Below, piece by piece: positions 63,994-64,000 of a stretch of DNA of 64,000 bases (its first letter is position 1; the number at the start of each line of letters is the position of its first letter). The stretch spans positions 26,067 through 90,066 of IMG/VR virus record IMGVR_UViG_3300027751_001020, one strand, 5' to 3'. Under the pieces are notes generated by a model. It was given only the letters and a program-made list of their open reading frames with translations, had not been told where the DNA came from and did no database searches. The stretch comes from a virus. The position numbers and the translations under genes were made by a program.

Positions 63994-64000
63994 CAAGATT

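Noticed and set aside
1-64000. Stop-codon reassignment
   Set aside because: TAG (5990, 43646, 47175, 53431, 62970) and TGA (23639, 35275, 35916, 39363) end full-length genes, often in coupled overlaps; genes are not fragmented under the standard code.

Overview
This is a 64-kb, AT-rich, entirely plus-strand segment of a large T4-like (contractile-tail) dsDNA phage genome. The host is probably Bacteroidota, inferred from the lack of Shine-Dalgarno sites and from TTG-N19/20-TATATT(T) promoters. Layout: (1) 1-18.2 kb, PhoH, neck/tail-completion genes and very long modular Ser/Ala-rich fibre genes; (2) 18.3-35.9 kb, a tightly coupled glycan-chemistry island with several glycosyltransferases, two GT7 enzymes carrying an inserted LamG lectin domain, a methyltransferase, five tandem N-terminal-Twitch radical SAM enzymes, SGNH-fold proteins and a UDP-glucose dehydrogenase; (3) 36.3-47.2 kb, sheath, tube, tail chaperone with an unannotated frameshift extension, tape measure, baseplate and a hub-lysozyme fusion; (4) 47.2-57.6 kb, a divergent family-A polymerase, an SDR + radical SAM pair, SSB, RecA, 5'-3' exonuclease, DnaB helicase and class I RNR; (5) 57.7-64 kb, a second glycosyltransferase cluster (GT60-like, HtrL/YibB-like), thioredoxin, QueC and tRNA-Thr. 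The strongest candidates for undescribed biology are the radical-SAM/glycosyltransferase island (a possible virion-glycan build-and-tailor line), a pseudoknot directly upstream of queC, a two-GNRA three-way-junction leader RNA, a +1/-2 frameshift in the tail chaperone and a PolA whose steric-gate Glu is replaced by His. All family assignments come from motifs recognised by eye; no database searches were run.
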